NCBI RefSeq assembly: GCF_947568905.1
Contig: NC_079164.1
Location: 28,458,001 to 28,522,000, forward strand
Direction of reading: 5' to 3'
DNA: 64,000 nucleotides
Origin: Ostrea edulis
Lineage: Eukaryota
Each line of letters opens with the position of its first letter. The stretch's first letter is position 1. The position numbers and the translations under genes were made by a program. Positions 62,257 through 64,000 of this stretch are shown here, piece by piece. The notes under the pieces were generated by a model that saw nothing but the letters and a program-made list of their open reading frames with translations, was not told the DNA's origin and made no database searches.

Positions 62257-63745
62257 ATGCTACAAGGGCAAAGGTGATGCACTGACAAGAGGCAACTATA
62301 GAGGCCTGAAGCTCCGGGAACAAACGATGAAAGTGATAGAGAGAGTAACAGACAACATCATTAGACAGCAAGTTGACATCGATGCTATGCAGTTCGGATT
62401 TGTAACAGGTCTAGGCACAAAAGATGCAATTTTCATTCTACATTAAATGCAGGAGAAATACATTGGGGCAGACAGTCGACTATACATGGCATTTGTTGAC
62501 CTAGAAAAGGCTTTTAACAGGGTTCCCCGAGAAGTGCTATGGTGGGCAATGCGCAAGCTTGGAGTGGAGGAGTAACTTATCAGACTAGTACAATGCATGC
62601 ACAGGAACGCCAGAAGCAGGGTACGGGTAGATGACACCTACAGTGATGACTTCAGTATAAATGTTGGAGTGCATCAAGGATCAGTCCTCAGTCCCTTGTT
62701 ATTCATTGTTGTCCTTGAAGCCCTCTCCAATGAGTTCCGCACAGGGTGCCTATGGGAACTACTGGATCCCGATGACCTGGTCATAATAGCAGAGACAATG
62801 AATGAGCTAGAAGAAAGACTGAAAGTATGGAAAAAAGGCATGGAAGCAAAAGGTCTGAGGGTTAACACCGGAAAGACAAAAGTGATGGTTAGTGGCCCAG
62901 AACTTCAGTCACTGAAGGACTCTGGTCAATACCCATGTGCGGTATGTAGAAAAGGAGTTAGGAGCAATGCGATACAGTGCAGCCATTGCACTCTATGGGT
63001 GCACAAAAAATGCAGCGGAGTGCATGGTAGACTTACACCAGATCCAGACTTCAGATGTAAGAGATGTCTAGGACTAGCACGCCCAATTGAAATAGGCGAG
63101 GACACCCTGGAGGTGGTAGACTCCTTTTGCTACCTAGGAGATATGCCGAGTGCTGGAGGTTGCTGCGAACTAAGTTCGACCATCAGAGTCAAGACAGCTT
63201 GGGGAAAGTTCATAGAACTTCTCCCAATCCTAACATCTCGAGCCATCCCAATTATCACCAGGGGTAAGGTCTATGATAGCTGCGTAAGAAACGTGATGTT
63301 GTATGGCAGTGAGTGTTGGGCCCTCACTTAGTCCTCACTCGCCCAACTCCAGAGAAATGACAGGGCTATGATTAGGTGGATATGCAATGTAAAGCCAGAC
63401 AAGATCCAGAACTTTAGGTCAGACACCCTTATTGAGAAATTGGCCATTCCAAAACTTGATGTACTAATAAGGGCAAACCGTCTTCGCTGGTTTGGGCATG
63501 TTGAAAGAAGGAAGGGGTCTATCAGCACTTGCAGAGACCTAAGACTGGAAAGCAAAAAGAAAGCCAGGCGCCCTAAGAAGACATGGAAAGAAACAATCAG
63601 GCAAGACCGAAAGCAGTGGCAAATGGACACAGTCAATCCCCATGATCGTGATCACTTGAGACTTAGCATAAGGACAGCCAGACAACGTCGAACCCCTGAT
63701 GAAGGGAACACAGACAATAAACTCGGATAGTGAGAGAGTGAGTGT
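62257..63745 (+). mobile_element. 5'-truncated, disrupted RTE-clade non-LTR retrotransposon, antisense within a NO VEIN-like intron
   Basis: YKGKGD...GNYRGLKL, QFGF, FVDLEKAFNRVPR, GVHQGSVLSPLLF, a mutated YADD (DPDD), FCYLG, YGSECW and RLRWFGHVER. It has stops and frameshifts, an inserted Cys-rich finger and a (GTGA/GA)n 3' tail. Confidence 0.9.
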
Positions 63746-64000
63746 TTATATATATCAATAGTGCTCATTGCTCATTATTGTAACAACTATTAAGGATGGA
63801 GACTTGTCAGCGTTTTTTAACGTAAGTGGGTCTCCATAGTTTGAGTGACGTAAAATTTCTGTTGTTAGTTTTTGGAGAATAAACAATTAATAAATGATTT
63901 TATTGAAATAGAAATAGCAATGTTGTATCATTTACTAGCAGAATTCATTGAATTTGCAATGCTTCGATAAACGCACTAAAAAACTTACGACATCCATCTT

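Overview
This is AT-rich, intron-rich animal genomic DNA. The repeat families look like those of an oyster-type bivalve, which is an inference. There is no prokaryotic operon structure and no CRISPR array. Two convergent spliced genes dominate the window. The first is the 3' part of a leishmanolysin-like peptidase gene (LMLN/invadolysin, M8 family) on +, with six exons at 1256-6872. The second is a large protein NO VEIN-like gene on -, with 31 visible exons at 22203-61647 encoding about 2,380 aa; its 5' end is not seen in the window. It carries a sacsin-type GHKL ATPase and a C-terminal DUF3883/NOV_C domain with an intact PD-(D/E)xK motif. Between the genes lie a frameshifted TRIM/NHL-like fragment and an IS3EU-type DNA transposon (14226-19177) with TIRs and an uninterrupted two-exon transposase. 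The introns hold a deleted Harbinger element with remnants of both its genes, a 5'-truncated RTE LINE with a PHD-like finger, many Helentron-type non-autonomous elements, MITEs, tRNA-derived SINE-like sequences and about 15 minisatellites. The most striking unexplained pattern is that at least five tandem arrays are amplifications of the host genes' own exon-intron junctions, producing runs of decoy splice sites. All exon boundaries and family assignments were derived by eye and need RNA-seq and database confirmation.
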